NCBI GenBank assembly: GCA_964016885.1
Contig: OZ024744.1
Coordinates: forward strand, 40,052,001-40,116,000
Direction of reading: 5' to 3'
DNA: 64,000 bases
From: Eledone cirrhosa
Taxonomy: Eukaryota
Shown here: positions 49,280 to 62,589 of the stretch, piece after piece
How the letters are laid out: each line of letters opens with the position of its first letter
How positions within the stretch are numbered: the stretch's first letter is position 1
Position numbers and translations under genes: made by a program
Notes under the pieces: generated by a model
What the model was told of the DNA's origin: nothing
Seen by the model: only the letters and a program-made list of their open reading frames with translations
Databases searched by the model: none

Positions 49280-49692
49280 CTAGTAGATAACCCACAAAAA
49301 CATACACACACACACAAATGCATATATATATATATAATTGTCAGTTTTTAACTCAATATTTACCTTTGATATATATATAAGGAAAAAAGATGAAATCGAA
49401 AATGCAACTGGAGTCTTTTTAAAAAAAAATATATATATTTATTTGGTTCCTTTACCGGTTTTGCAGTTCTTCTGCTTTTCAAAAGTAGAGTTGAGATAGA
49501 GGGTCTGTGGTTTTTCTCACATCTGCAAAACCGGTAAAGGAATCAAATAAATATATATATTTAAAAAAAAAAAGACTCCAGTTGCATTTTCGATTTCATC
49601 TTTTTTCCTTATACTTTCACTCGTGTAGGACACCTCAGTTATTTTTCATTTTGTTAAAAAAAACTTCACTTTCTAATATATATATATATAGG
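49280..49692 (-). mobile_element. Probable non-autonomous Helitron with a 91-bp internal inverted repeat
   Basis: The minus strand ends gggttatctaCTAG|t and begins (c)ctatatat...attagaaagtg. IR arms are 49376-49466 and 49523-49613. Confidence 0.55.
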
Positions 49693-50377
49693 TACCTACA
49701 GTCAGTAGGGACCTCTTAACTAAATATAAATCCCAACCCACTACCCCAACTCCATCTTCCCACTTCCACTCACACCACCCTTTCTCTGTAAAGTTATGTT
49801 GGTACCACAGAACACCCAGTCCAAACTAAAAGGTCATGTAGGTGTCACGACAAAAAGCACCCAGTCCATGCTGTAAAGTGGTCGTGTAGGAGACATGGGA
49901 AAAAGGCTCCCAGTTTACACTGTCAATGTGGTCGGTGTTAGGAAGGGCATCTAGCTGTAGAAAACCTACCAGATACAGTTCTGTACAAGCGAGACACGGT
50001 CACCTAATCAATCTTGCCTCAAGTTGGACAAATGCGTCTAACCCATGCTAGCGTGGAAGATGGGTGTTAAATGATGATGATGATATATATATATATATAT
50101 AAACCCATGCAAGCGTGGAACACGGACGCTAAACCTGATGATGATGATGATGATGATGATAGAGAGAGAGAGAAAGATTAATATATGTGTATATATATAT
50201 ATATATATAATAGAAATAGGATTTAGCTTCAAGCATAGCTGTATACAGATATGTATAGAAATTTCGTATTCCTAAAGAAACACAGTATGTTTACGGAAAA
50301 CATTTAGGAAGCCATAGCTATGCAAACACTGGAGATAACGCCCTCTGGTGGTGTCCAGCAGAAGCAAGGGGCACAAT

Positions 50378-50417
50378 CGTCTATGCACTTCAGACTTGAC
50401 TGGTCTTCATCAGGACA
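50378..50417 (-). ncRNA. Minimal type-I hammerhead ribozyme motif (A15.1 to G variant)
   Basis: Minus strand tgtc-CTGATGA-agac-cagtcaa-gtct-GAAG-tgca-TA-gacg. Confidence 0.6.
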
Positions 50418-50554
50418 GTCCCTCCCACACCTGCAACTGCTGGACTTGAGAGCAGTTGAGAATATATAGTTTTCTCATCTGTGTAAATAAGGTGATTAAT
50501 CTCATTTGCATATGCAGCTGTATAATATATATATATAATATGAAGATGTATATA

Positions 50555-51041
50555 TCTAAACTATAATAAAGTAAGGAGTGCGGGACTGGTCCAGAATATA
50601 TTTTTTTATCCCGGTCCTCAAATAAGTTGGATTACTTTGAATAAATAATGAATGAATATTACATAATTTATCTACTAAATTTCATTATTTTTGATTAGAT
50701 ACAAATAATTTTGTTGCTTATTGTAAGATTCACTTCTTTAAAATTTTCAAATGTCAACACTTCCAGTTAGCGATCGCTTAAATAAACATTCATATATTTC
50801 CATCACTAATTTTTACCTAATACAGTTTATATATAATATCGACTTTTTTTAATGTATCGTGGATTACGTTATTGATTACATAAGACAGTGTAACACAGGC
50901 TCTCTTCAATTTCTGTGTATATTGTCAATTACGATTTTATTTGATGTATCATATCTACATGTATATATACTTGTGTATAATATCAATATACACACTACAC
51001 ATGCCAGCAGAAAACCACCTGAAGGGTGGTTTTTCTGCTAG
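50555..51041 (+). mobile_element. Non-autonomous Helitron
   Basis: A|TC start (tctaaactataataaag), subterminal hairpin agcagaaaaccacc/ggtggtttttctgct, and a CTAG|T end. Confidence 0.65.
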
Positions 51042-51581
51042 TATATCTAATTATATAAACATATAAATATAATGTTTAATGAGTTGAGAGATCCACTTTA
51101 TTTTGAAATGACTAGATGAGCAAAAGCTCAATTTGTTATTACAATCAACAATTATGTAGAGCGAAAATATCCAAGGTAAAATCCATATAGTAAGTTCCAG
51201 TAATGTGACTGCAGATGTGAATGTAATCCACAAAGGTAGCTTTGTTCATGTTTCATGAAAAAACCCAAATATTACTTTTACTTATTCCATCCTTAAAACA
51301 ACTTCTCCTCTTCACTCAATATGACCATATGTAAGCAGGATACTGACCTCCTCGGCTGTTTGGAAGCTCAGTAGCTGCACCTCACAACTGTCTTGGTCTA
51401 TGTGCATCCAAACCTTGCTAAGAAGCAAAGCAGACATTAAATGATGATGATGATATATTTGTACACGCCCCCCCCCCCCACGCACACACACACACAAATA
51501 AATATAGTTGTTAGTTGTATATAGTTGTCAGTTACTGGTGGTGCACCAGTTTGAGCACTCAATATTGTAAGAAGGGTTTAA

Positions 51582-51803
51582 CGCTCTCTAGCATTTAAAC
51601 CAGCCATGTCCAGCCAGAACTCTCTCATCTCTTTCTGTTCAAATTGGCTGTAATTAACTACTCACACCTACATTAAGGTATTGTTCTCAAAATAAATAAC
51701 ATCAAAATCTCGTAGATTTGATATTATGTGAGGTAATTATGTAAGATAAAACCTTTACTACAAAAATACAATAGTATATATAGAGTAATGAAAATGCTAA
51801 AGG
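51582..51803. mobile_element. piggyBac-type MITE
   Basis: TTAA on both sides, degenerate TIR tagcattt / aaatgcta, homologous to 38831-39051. Confidence 0.72.
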
Positions 51804-52024
51804 TTAATATTGTACACCATATTACCAATGGTTATTAGTAACTGTAACAAAGTATAAAGATTGTATCATATACATATTTTATTATATAGATGATGCAATC
51901 TTGATACTTTGTTCCAGTCTGCTTATTATATATGTGATGCCATGGTAGGGATAGCACAGCTAGGCCAGGCAGTCTCCGTGTCATTGATTCTTTGATTATA
52001 TTTTGCTATGCCCCTGTAAGGGCC

Positions 52025-53312
52025 ACAGCAAAATATAAATAAAGTATCTCTCCATTCACCATGTTCCTTTGTTATCTCCTCTGTGAGTTTCAGGGAATTG
52101 AAGTCAGCTCTCACCACCTCTGCCCAGCTCCTCTTTGGCCTACCTTTACTGCAGCTTACCTCCACTGGCATTTCCTGCCATTTCTTCTCCTAGTGATCAT
52201 TATCCATGTGCATCACATGTCCATACCAACAGTCTTCTCTCCAGCACACCCTCTCAGATTCCTCTTAAACCCAGTTTTTCCTTCAACTCGTCCAAGCTCT
52301 ACCTTTCTCTTACACTTACATTGCACATCCAATGGAGCATGGCTGCTTTATTTCTCTCCAGTCTACGCATGCTCTCTGCAGTCACAAACCCTCCTCTATT
52401 GCTAATTAAGTCATCTAGATAGCAGAAGCTATCAATCACTTCTATGAATCCTTCCTGTGATTGAAAAAGATTTATATTCTTGATGCTCTTCCCCTCCATT
52501 ACTCCTGTGCATCTTATATATACAAAGTATGTAGAAGATGCACAGAATATCATCATCATTTTACGTCCGCTTTTCCCTGCTTGAAAGGGTGGGACAGGAA
52601 CTGATTGTGGCTTGATTTCTACAGCTGGATGCCCTTCCTAACACCAACCTCATTTACAGTGAGTGCTGGATGCTTTTTTGCCATAGCACCTCCACGACCA
52701 CTTTGCAGTGGAATTATATAGACCCCAGTCCCTATCATCTCATTTCTACAGCTGAGTAAACTGGAGCAATGTGAAATAAAGTGTCTTGCTCAAGGAAACA
52801 ACACATCATATATATATATCATCATCATCATCATCATCATTTTACGTCAGCTTTTCCCTGCTTGCAAGGGTGGGACGGGTCCTATTCAGCACAGCATCTC
52901 TCCACTTGTCACAGTCCTTCGTCATCTCCTCCATGAGTTTCAGCGATATATTTATATCATCATCATCATCACCGTTTTACGTCCGTTTTTCCACGCTAGC
53001 ATGGGTTAGAAGGGTTGTCCTGTTGTGGGCAGTGTCCGGTCGGCTGACCTTGTCTTGCTCATATGGGAGCTGATTCTGGCTTGGTTTCTACAGCTGGATG
53101 CCCTTCCTAACACCAACCTCATTTACAGTGAGTGCTGGGTGCTTTTTTTCCGTGGTGCCTACATGTCCACTTGACAGTGAGTACTGGGTGCTTTTTTGCC
53201 GTGGCACCTCCACGACCACTTTGCAGTGGAATGATAGTGACCCCAGTCCTATCATCTCATTTCTACAGCTGAGTAAACTGGAGCAATGTGAAATAAAGTG
53301 TCTTGCTCAAGG
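52025..53312 (-). mobile_element. Cluster: RTE 3' fragment (52025-52545), SINE copies (52550-52805, 52955-53312) and an RTE 3' stub
   Basis: IEVIDSFCYLDD and GRPKRSWAEVVRAD motifs; the SINE bodies match 1813-2184. Confidence 0.8.
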
Positions 53313-53451
53313 ACCAGCTGACAGGCTGGAGCCATGCTGAGGCTCTGCCATTATATATATATATATACAATAGAAAAATACCAGGACTTTTTAGGTGGGT
53401 ATAGAAATTTACACATTTTTAGTAAATAGACATGTAAACTAAATATATGTA

Positions 53452-54641
53452 TTGGGTTGGCCAAAACGTCTGTTCAGTTTTTGTGGACTCTAAACTTTAA
53501 CATTTAAACTGGCTGTCTCTGGCCAGAATTCTCTCACCTCTATCTGTTCAAACTGGCTATAACTAGCCGCTCATACTTATGTTAAGGTATTGTTATCAAA
53601 ATAAATAATATCATAGTTCGATATTATGTTAGATATTATGTGAAATAAAGCTTTTACTGTGAAAATATAATATGTATAGAATAATATAAATGCTAAAGAG
53701 TTAATAAGTAACTAAATTCAGTCTATCCCTAGTACAACATGTCCTTGCAACAAGACAGGTTGTATTTTGTATGCTTGGGATCATACTAAAATGGAAAACC
53801 AAAATGAACATTATCAACACTGGCAAGAAAGTGCCAGAAACCTGAAGGAATATTTCAATTGGGAATTGTTTCGATCCAAGATGTGCCATGCTCTGACCAG
53901 CCAAATGAGATTGACAGCACCAAAATGAGCATGTTAGTTGACACCAATCCCTGTTATATAGCCAGGATCCTGCATCAATTTGGTTATGTCAACATCAATT
54001 GAATGATGCTAACCTCACCCAACAGATCTACAAATCATTACAGAAATGTGAAAAAAAAAACAATAATGTTTTTTCAGAGAATGGTGACAGGGGAGAGCAA
54101 ACAGATTGTGAAGTGCAAACAATCATGGGGAAAGTGTGGCGAACCACCACCACTTGATGAAGGTTATGCTTTCAATTTGGTAGGATTGGAAGGGTGTTGT
54201 ATTTTACAAGCTTCTTCCCATGTATAGGACCATCAGTGTGGGCGTGTACTATAATCAGCTGGACCAATTAAATGCAACCATCCACCAGAAATATCTATCA
54301 CTTGCTAATTGTAAAGGCATCATCTTTCATCATGACAATGCCAGACTGCACACTTCTTTGTCGACATGGCATAAGTTACAGGGGCCCAACCTTGCATTTC
54401 TGATTTTCACATGTTTCTTTACAATTTATTGAATGGACAGACCTTCAAATCTGAAGAGGATGTAAAAATTCACCTGGAAGTGCTTTTCACCAGTAAAGAC
54501 AAGGAATAATGGATCTGCCCACAGGCAGAAGATACTGGAATAAAATGGTAATTATATCAGAGTTTGAATAAATTGCTTTGTGTTTAAAACTTGTGTATTA
54601 CTTTTGCTTAAAAAACTGAACAGGCCTTTTAACCAACCCAA
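53452..54641 (+). mobile_element. Degenerate mariner with both TIRs and TA target duplication; nested MITE at 53495-53700
   Basis: TIRs ttgggttggccaaaacgtctgttcagttttt / aaaaactgaacaggccttttaaccaacccaa. Remnants RMVTGE, YYNQLDQL and IIFHHDNARLH. Confidence 0.88.
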
Positions 54642-54681
54642 TATTTTCCTGTAAATTGAAAAAAAAGCATAAAACACTTTT

Positions 54682-54720
54682 AACCGGTTTCAAGCCAAGT
54701 TGAGCTTTCATCAGGAGGCA
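54682..54720 (-). ncRNA. Hammerhead ribozyme core remnant (stem I decayed)
   Basis: Minus strand CTGATGA-aagc-tcaacttg-gctt-GAAA-ccgg-TT. Stem I does not pair. Confidence 0.5.
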
Positions 54721-55539
54721 TGTATATCATCTACACAACTACAAGAAAATACGTAATCAAACGGCTTATACAGACTATCATTTATAGTTGTATCATAAAA
54801 TGGATGTATTAATTTGCATATTATTTGTGCTCGTGTTGATAGGAAAGGAGTTGATGATCAGATTGGACCATGGTAACAGTGTGTCCATTGCTGTTACTAT
54901 TTGCTATTTGTAACCCTTGACAGAAAGAGGCTGGATATAACATCAGAATGCACAAAGTCAGATCAGATACAGCAAAGCATCAAGTCCAACTCTTTAACAG
55001 TTCCAAGAATCCACTGTCTCCAGACTGATACTAAATTGTTTTAATTCAAAAGAATGAAAAGTAAAGTTGACTTTGGTGGGATTTGAATTGAGTCCGTATT
55101 AAGCTGGAACAAAACCAAAACATTTAAAAATGCAGTACCTTAATGATTCCACTAATTTACCAGTCGTAATTTCCTATAACTTACTTTTAATATATATATG
55201 TATAATGTTATCTTTGTTTACATCCAATGTTTATTTGATAAAAAACTAATATTGGTGATGTATATAGCACAATATTTGTTATCTCTTTACACTGACATGG
55301 ATAACAACACAATTTTTAATGCCAATAATATTTACATAGATCACAGTATATTTCCTACTGTTAGCTGTGAACATTATTATGACAGTTTATATGTACATAT
55401 ATATATGTCTCCTATAAAGGAAGTTATATGAGAGAAAATATATTTTATTGTGTATATATATAAAAAAAAATTAACTCGAATATCGTGTTTTGAAACGCAA
55501 GTGTATTAGAATTCAGAGGAAAATGGAAAAACTATCCTA

Positions 55540-57017
55540 TAATTGTATCTGTAATAACTAGGGAATATTACACCCGATTAAGAAAAATATGGTCATTGGA
55601 ATTTTCTGTGCACAATAAAATAGTGGCTCACAATGTGTTTGCTGTGCCTGTCCTAACACCAACGATAGACAAAATCCAAGTAATTGATGTTACAACTCGA
55701 AAAATACTAAACAACACCGGAAACTTCCACATCAACAGTGACATAGACCGCCTTTACTCAAAAGCAGGGAGCCAGAGGCCTAACATCAGTCCAGACAGCA
55801 TTTGAATGTCGCAACATATCCCTCCGACAACATCTATGAACCTCGAAGCGTAGGAGCCCGTTTTTCGAGCAAGTTTATCTGCATGAAACAGATAAGATCA
55901 TGAGAGTTGGGAAGGAACTCCTTGAGAGATATTCCCTGTGTGATAATCAAAAACTCACACCCAGGGAAGTCGCTCAGCAGTATCGCAGTGAATCCATGGA
56001 TGAAAAAATACATGCTTATCAGCAAAAAATCATGCATGGATATGTTGCCAGGAAGCTCCAGAGTGAGAGTAATATAGATAAGGAAAGTAGTCTATCTTGG
56101 ACCAACAACCGCTATATTGGCTCCCACTTTGAAGGATACGCTTTTGCAATCCAAGAACAGGAAATCAACACAATATACTTGATTCACAAAAGAGATAGGG
56201 ATGCAGGCAAAACTCCTAGATGTGACAACAAGTGCAGACTCTGCAGAATTAACATCAAAGATGTTACCCATGTCATAAGCAGCTGTCCAAAGATGTCATC
56301 ACTGTATTATCTACCTATGAGGCATGATGTAGTGGCCAAAATACTGTACAATGCAATCTGTAGAAAAAATAGCCCCGATAATAAACACATTAAAAGCTAC
56401 AGCAATATGAAAGAGTACTGGTGGAATGTTCCAGTAAAAGCCCCAATAAAATGCAGGCATAACAGACCAGATATTATGATATGGGACAGGGAAAAGAAGG
56501 CATGCACAGTAGTGGAAGTTAGCTGTACAGCAGATGCCAATATAATATCAAAGATTAGCGAAAAGGAGAATATTTATGCAAAACTGATGAGAAATCTGCA
56601 GATAATCCACCCTGATTATACCTTCAGATTTATACCTGTGATTATTGGGGCACTGGAGTATTTTAGTAACTGCCTCAATACAAATCTTGAGAAGCTAGGC
56701 TTCACAGAAACAGAAAGAACACAACTAGTTAGGAAATTACAAGTACAATCCATTAATGGAACAGTAAAATATGTAAAACATTCCAAAAATTCTGCATCTA
56801 ATAACTACATATACACTTATACAGACACAAAGCATATACACATACAACTCAAAACATCCACATCCACACATACTATAACATCCATACCTGCACATGCATG
56901 CATACATATCTACCTAGTTGTTGTTGTGTAAATTCCAATGAGAGAGTCTTGTGTCTATGTTAGAAACCAACTCTCTCTCTATTGAAAAAAATTTGTGAAA
57001 TTATAAAACCAGAAGAA
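55540..57017 (+). mobile_element. R4/Dong-like RLE element 3' half (same family as 22156-24000, opposite orientation)
   Basis: ORF 55900-56931 has AIQEQEI, CRLC..HVISSC, RHD, HNRPDIMIWD and VEVS, and is near-identical to the 22-24 kb copy. Confidence 0.92.
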
Positions 57018-57140
57018 CATACATACATACATTCATACATACATGCATACACACACACATGCATACTCACATACATACATACGCACATACACATATACAT
57101 ACACACTCATACATACATGCATACATACATACATACATAC

Positions 57141-57410
57141 ATGGTGGCTGCCAACTCGTTTTCGAGTACGGCCACTACTTTATATCCATGTAGGAGAACC
57201 CCTACCGATGAACGAGTGTGACTTGAAAACTCTGGTACAAACACTACACTTGTGACAATTATTGACACATAGTGCTGGGCCCATGGTACCATGTGATGAC
57301 AAGTGCAGAGAGATCTTGGTGGGGTTGCCAGTTTAGTCGCCAACGACCCGACCATGAGACAGGTTGTATTGGGATACATGTTACCAGTAGCACCAACTGG
57401 TGACCTGACA
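57141..57410 (-). mobile_element. Non-autonomous RTE derivative, copy 1 (internally deleted)
   Basis: Same ends as 59139-59749. Confidence 0.8.
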
Positions 57411-57429
57411 TACATACATACATACATAG

Positions 57430-59110
57430 AAACATGAATGTGGTGTGGCTGGACTATGAAAAAGCATTTGATAGTGTACCTCATGGGTGGATTGTTAAGG
57501 CTTTACAGTTAGCCAAAGTCCCACAACCACTGGTAGCTGCTGTTGAACGTCTGACCAAGAACTGGTACACCAATTTGATCCTTAGAGGTGAGAAGGAGCA
57601 AGTTAAGACTGATAAGATACATTACCAGAAGGGCATCTTTCAGGGTGATAGCTTGTCAGTGCTACTCTTTGTTCTCTCACTGAATCCACTATCTTACATA
57701 CTCAGGAAACAAGGTGGACAAAGAAGTGGGCCCAGAAGTATCTCCCATCTTTTCTTTGTTGATGACCTGAAATTGTATGGGCCAAATATCAATGACATCA
57801 AGAAACAATTGGACCTCATTACACAATTTTCAACAGACATCAAAATGAAATTTGGTGAGTCCAAGTGTGCATATTTGGCAGTAAAATGTGGAAGAGCTGT
57901 GCCCTCCTCTAGAAATCTAGAGATGAATGGCCTGACAATACAACCTCTACAGTCATGTGACAACTACAGATATCTTGGACAGGATGAGAATGTCAGATAT
58001 GATGGATCCATAAATAAGGAGAGAACCAGAACTGAATACCTCAGAAGAGTAAAGAAAATATGGTCATCAGAACTGTCAGTGTACAACAAATACATTGCCC
58101 ACAATACTTATGCTGTGCCAATTCTAACGCCAACATTTGGCCTGCTGAACTAGTCATTGCAAGAACTAAGTGAGATGGATGTTAGAACTCGCAAACTTCT
58201 CAGTGTTACTGGGAACTTTAACATCAATGGTGATGTGGATAGGCTATACTTCTCACGCAAGGAAGGTGGCTGGGGTCTAAAATCCATATTAACATCATAT
58301 GAGACCCGGATAGTAACACTGAAGCAACATCTTCAACAGAGGAAAAAGGTTGGCAACCATCTTGCCCAGGTTTATGAGCATGAAAAAAAAAATATCATTA
58401 GAATAACCACTGATCTGGAGGAGAGATATGGAATAAAGCCTGATATAAATCTCTCACCCAGAGAAATCGGAAGATCCTATTCAATGTTCAAACAAGATGA
58501 AAAAATTGACCAATTTACAGAAAAAGTTGTGCATGGATACTTGAGGCCTAAAACACAGACCATAGAGGGGATAAACCACTCAAAAAGCCTGGCATGGAGT
58601 TCCGACAAGTTTATGACATCACACCTTGAGGGATATCTCTATGCAATACAGGAACAAGAACTCCCTACCAAATATCTGCTGCACACAAGGGGAGGGCCAT
58701 CAGCTGACAATAAATGTAGGCTATGTAAAACAAAGATCAAGGATGTAAGCCACATTGTTGCCAGCTGCGAAAGAATGTTATCTCGTTACTACCTCCTCAT
58801 GAGACACGATGGGATAGCTAGAACCATCTGGAATACACTTCGGAAAACAAAATTAACAACCAACGAGGAAGAATATATTGAGACAGATGGCACTAAGGAG
58901 TACTGGTGGAACCTGAAAATAAAAACTGCCACCAAATTAAAGCACAACCGGCCTGATATTGTTGTTTGGGACCACACATTGAAAACGTACTCTGTTGTAG
59001 AGATCAGCTGCCCACTTGATGTAAACGTTGTCAAAAAAATACAGGAGGAGAACATCTACGGACCATTGATGAGGAGTTTACACATCCAGTATCCAAGATA
59101 CACTTTTAAC
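57430..59110 (+). mobile_element. R4/Dong-like RLE element (different family), RT through endonuclease
   Basis: WLDYEKAFDSVPH, IFQGDSLS, FVDDLKLY, YRYLG, CRLC..HIVASC, RHD and HNRPDIVVWD motifs, with one in-frame stop at 58151-58153. Confidence 0.92.
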
Positions 59111-59138
59111 ATACATGCATGCATGCATACATACATAC

Positions 59139-59749
59139 ATGGTGGCTGCCAACTCGTTTTCGAGTACGGCCACTACTTCATATCCATGTAGGAGAAGCTT
59201 TACTGATGCGCTGAACGAGTGTGACTTTTTAGTCCAGCCAGCGACTTGAAAACTCGGGTACAAACACTGCACTTGTGACAATTATTGACACATAGTGCTG
59301 GGCCCATGGTACTATGTGACGACAAGTGCAGAGAGATCTCCAGATATAAAGCAATGCCTGTGCCGTGAAGCTTTTATAGTGAGCAAAGGCACTGCACAAA
59401 GCCAGTCCCACTCTCTTAACCAAGATGATATTTACCAAAAAGAAGAACAAGTCAACATCATTGGATACCATCAGGGTTGCAGCTGTTATATCAGAGTTTT
59501 CCTTCTCCTATAATTCTGCCTTGACAAAGGCTAAGGGGTCATCTCTCCCGGTGATTTTGGATGGCCATTGACTCTTAAGAGCTCCTTTGCCCTTTGACAG
59601 GTTTTGTTTTTAGTCCTGCAGGATGTCCAAAGTCACCCTCCTCACCAAGAAACCTTGGTGGGGTTGCCAGTTTAGTCGCCAACGACCCGACCATGAGACA
59701 GGTTGTACTGGGATACATGTTACCAGTAGCACCAACTGGTGACCTGACA
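59139..59749 (-). mobile_element. Non-autonomous RTE derivative (~610 bp), copy 2
   Basis: The 3' part encodes a C2H2 remnant ([22 protein letters not shown]), and the terminus matches the LINE end at 19253-19291. Confidence 0.82.
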
Positions 59750-61712
59750 TATACATACACATATACATACATATATATATACACACATATATATACACAC
59801 ACATATATATACATATACATACATATATATACACACACATATATATACATATACATATATATATATACACACATATATACACACACATATATATACATAT
59901 ACATATATATATATACACACATATATATACATATACACACATATATATACACACACATATATATATATATATATACACACATATATATACATATATATAT
60001 ATACACACATATATATATATACATATACATATATACATACATACACATATATATATATACATATATACATACATACATACACATATATATATACATATAC
60101 ATACATACACATATACACATACATATACATACATACACATATATATATACATATACATACACATATATATATATATATACATACATACACATATATATAT
60201 ATATATACATACACATATATATATATATATATACATACATACACATACATACAAACACATATATATATATATACATACACATATGGTGGCTGCCAACTCG
60301 TTTTCGAGTACGGCCACTACTTTATATCCATGTAGGAGAACCCCTACCGATGCGCTGAACGAGTGTGACTTTTTAGTCCAGCCAAAGACTCGAAAACTCT
60401 GGTAGGTACAAACACTACACTTGTGACAATTATTGACACATAGTCCTGGGCCCATGGTACCATGTGATGACAAGTGCAGAGAGAACTCCAGATATAAAGC
60501 AATGCCTGTGGCGTGAAGCTTTTATAGTGAGCAAAGGCACTGCACAAAGCCAGTCCCACTCTCTTAACCAAGATGATATTTACCAAAAAGAAGAACAAGT
60601 CAACATCATTGGATACCATCAGAGTTGCAGGTGTTATATCAGAGTTTTCCTTCTCCTAGAATTCTGCCTTGACAAAGGCTAAGGGGTCATCTCTCCCGGT
60701 GATTTTGGATTGCCATTGACTCTTAAGAGCTCCTTTGGTCTTTGACAGGTTTTGTTTTTAGTCCTGCAGGATGTCCAATCACCCTCCTCACCAAGAAACC
60801 TTGGTGGGGTTGCCAGTTTAGTCGCCAACGACCCGACCATGAGACAGGTTGTATTGGGATACATGTTACCAGTAGCACCAACTGGTGACCTGACATACAC
60901 ATATATATATATATATACATACATACACATATATATATATACATACACATATATATATATATATACATACATACACACATATATATATATATATACATAT
61001 ATATACATATATATACATACATACACACATATATACATATATATACATACACATATATATACATATACATACATACACATATATATATATACATATACAT
61101 ACATACACATATATATATATACATATACATACATATATACATACATATACATACATACACACATACACACATATATACATATATATATATATACATATAC
61201 ATACATACACATATATATATATATATACATATACATACATACACACATACACATACATATACATACATATATATATACATATACATACATACACATATAT
61301 ATATACATATACATACATACACATATATATATATATACATACATACACATATATATATATACACCACCCTTGCAAGCAGGGAAAAGCGGACGTAAAATGA
61401 TGATGATGATGATGATACACACACATATATATATACATACATACACATATATATATACATACATACACATATATATATATATACATACACATATATATAT
61501 ATATACATACACATATATATATATATACATACACACACATATATATATACATACATATATATATATACATATACATACATACACACATATATATATATAC
61601 ATACATACACATATATATATATATATATACATACATACACATATATATATATATACATACATACACATATATATATATACACATACATACACATATATAT
61701 ATATATACATAC
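59750..61712. repeat. Long degenerate (TA)/(CATA)/(CA) microsatellite spacers between the unit copies
   Basis: Directly visible at 59750-60282 and 60896-61712, with an RTE 3' stub inserted at ~61363-61414. Confidence 0.95.
60283..60895 (-). mobile_element. Non-autonomous RTE derivative, copy 3
   Basis: Near-identical to copy 2 and flanked by (CATA/TA)n. Confidence 0.82.
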
Positions 61713-62000
61713 ATGATGGCTGCCAACTCGTTTTCGAGTACGGCCACTACTTTATATCCATGTAGGAGAACCCCTACCGATGCGCTGAACGAGTGTGACT
61801 TTTTAGTCCAGCCAACGACTCGAAAACTCTGGTACAAACACTACACTTGTGACAATTATTGACACATAGTGCTGGGCCCATGGTACCATGTGATGACAAG
61901 TGCAGAGAGATCTCCAGATATAAAGCAATGCCTGTGCCGTGAAGCTTTTATAGTGAGCAAAGGCACTGCACAAAGCCAGTCCCACTCTCTTAACCAAGAT
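61713..62000 (-). mobile_element. Non-autonomous RTE derivative, copy 4 (5'-truncated)
   Basis: Only the 3' ~290 bp, flanked by (CATA)n. Confidence 0.8.
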
Positions 62001-62059
62001 ACATACATACATACATACATACATACATACATACATACATACATACATACATACATACA

Positions 62060-62145
<86 letters not shown>

Positions 62146-62589
62146 GGCTATCTATGTGGTTGAGTGTTTCCAAGGAGATCTTAGGGCTTCAATATCTTTC
62201 TGAATATAAAATCTTTTATTCTTTGAGCTTGTTTTCTATTTACTATAATTTTCCTTCTTTCTAGTAGGTTCTGCAGAATTTTAACCATGCATTGAGGTCA
62301 CATATATAATATTTATGCTGGTCTCTGTTTTGTGTTATAATTTTTCATTTGTGGAGTCTTATGTGTAGTGCATGTACTGGGTTCTCTTGTAATGCTTCCA
62401 TTAGTTTCTGATATTTTTATGTGTAGTCGGTTGTTTTGTTTTATTTTCAGTGTGAATTATGTCTGTAAGTTTTTCTATTTCAGTATTTGAGATCTTTTTA
62501 TTTATTTATTTTTTTTGTGGGAATCTCTGCACATTTACGTGAGTGTTTGCAGGGATATTTTTTTTCACTAAATCAGATAGTACTACCAC

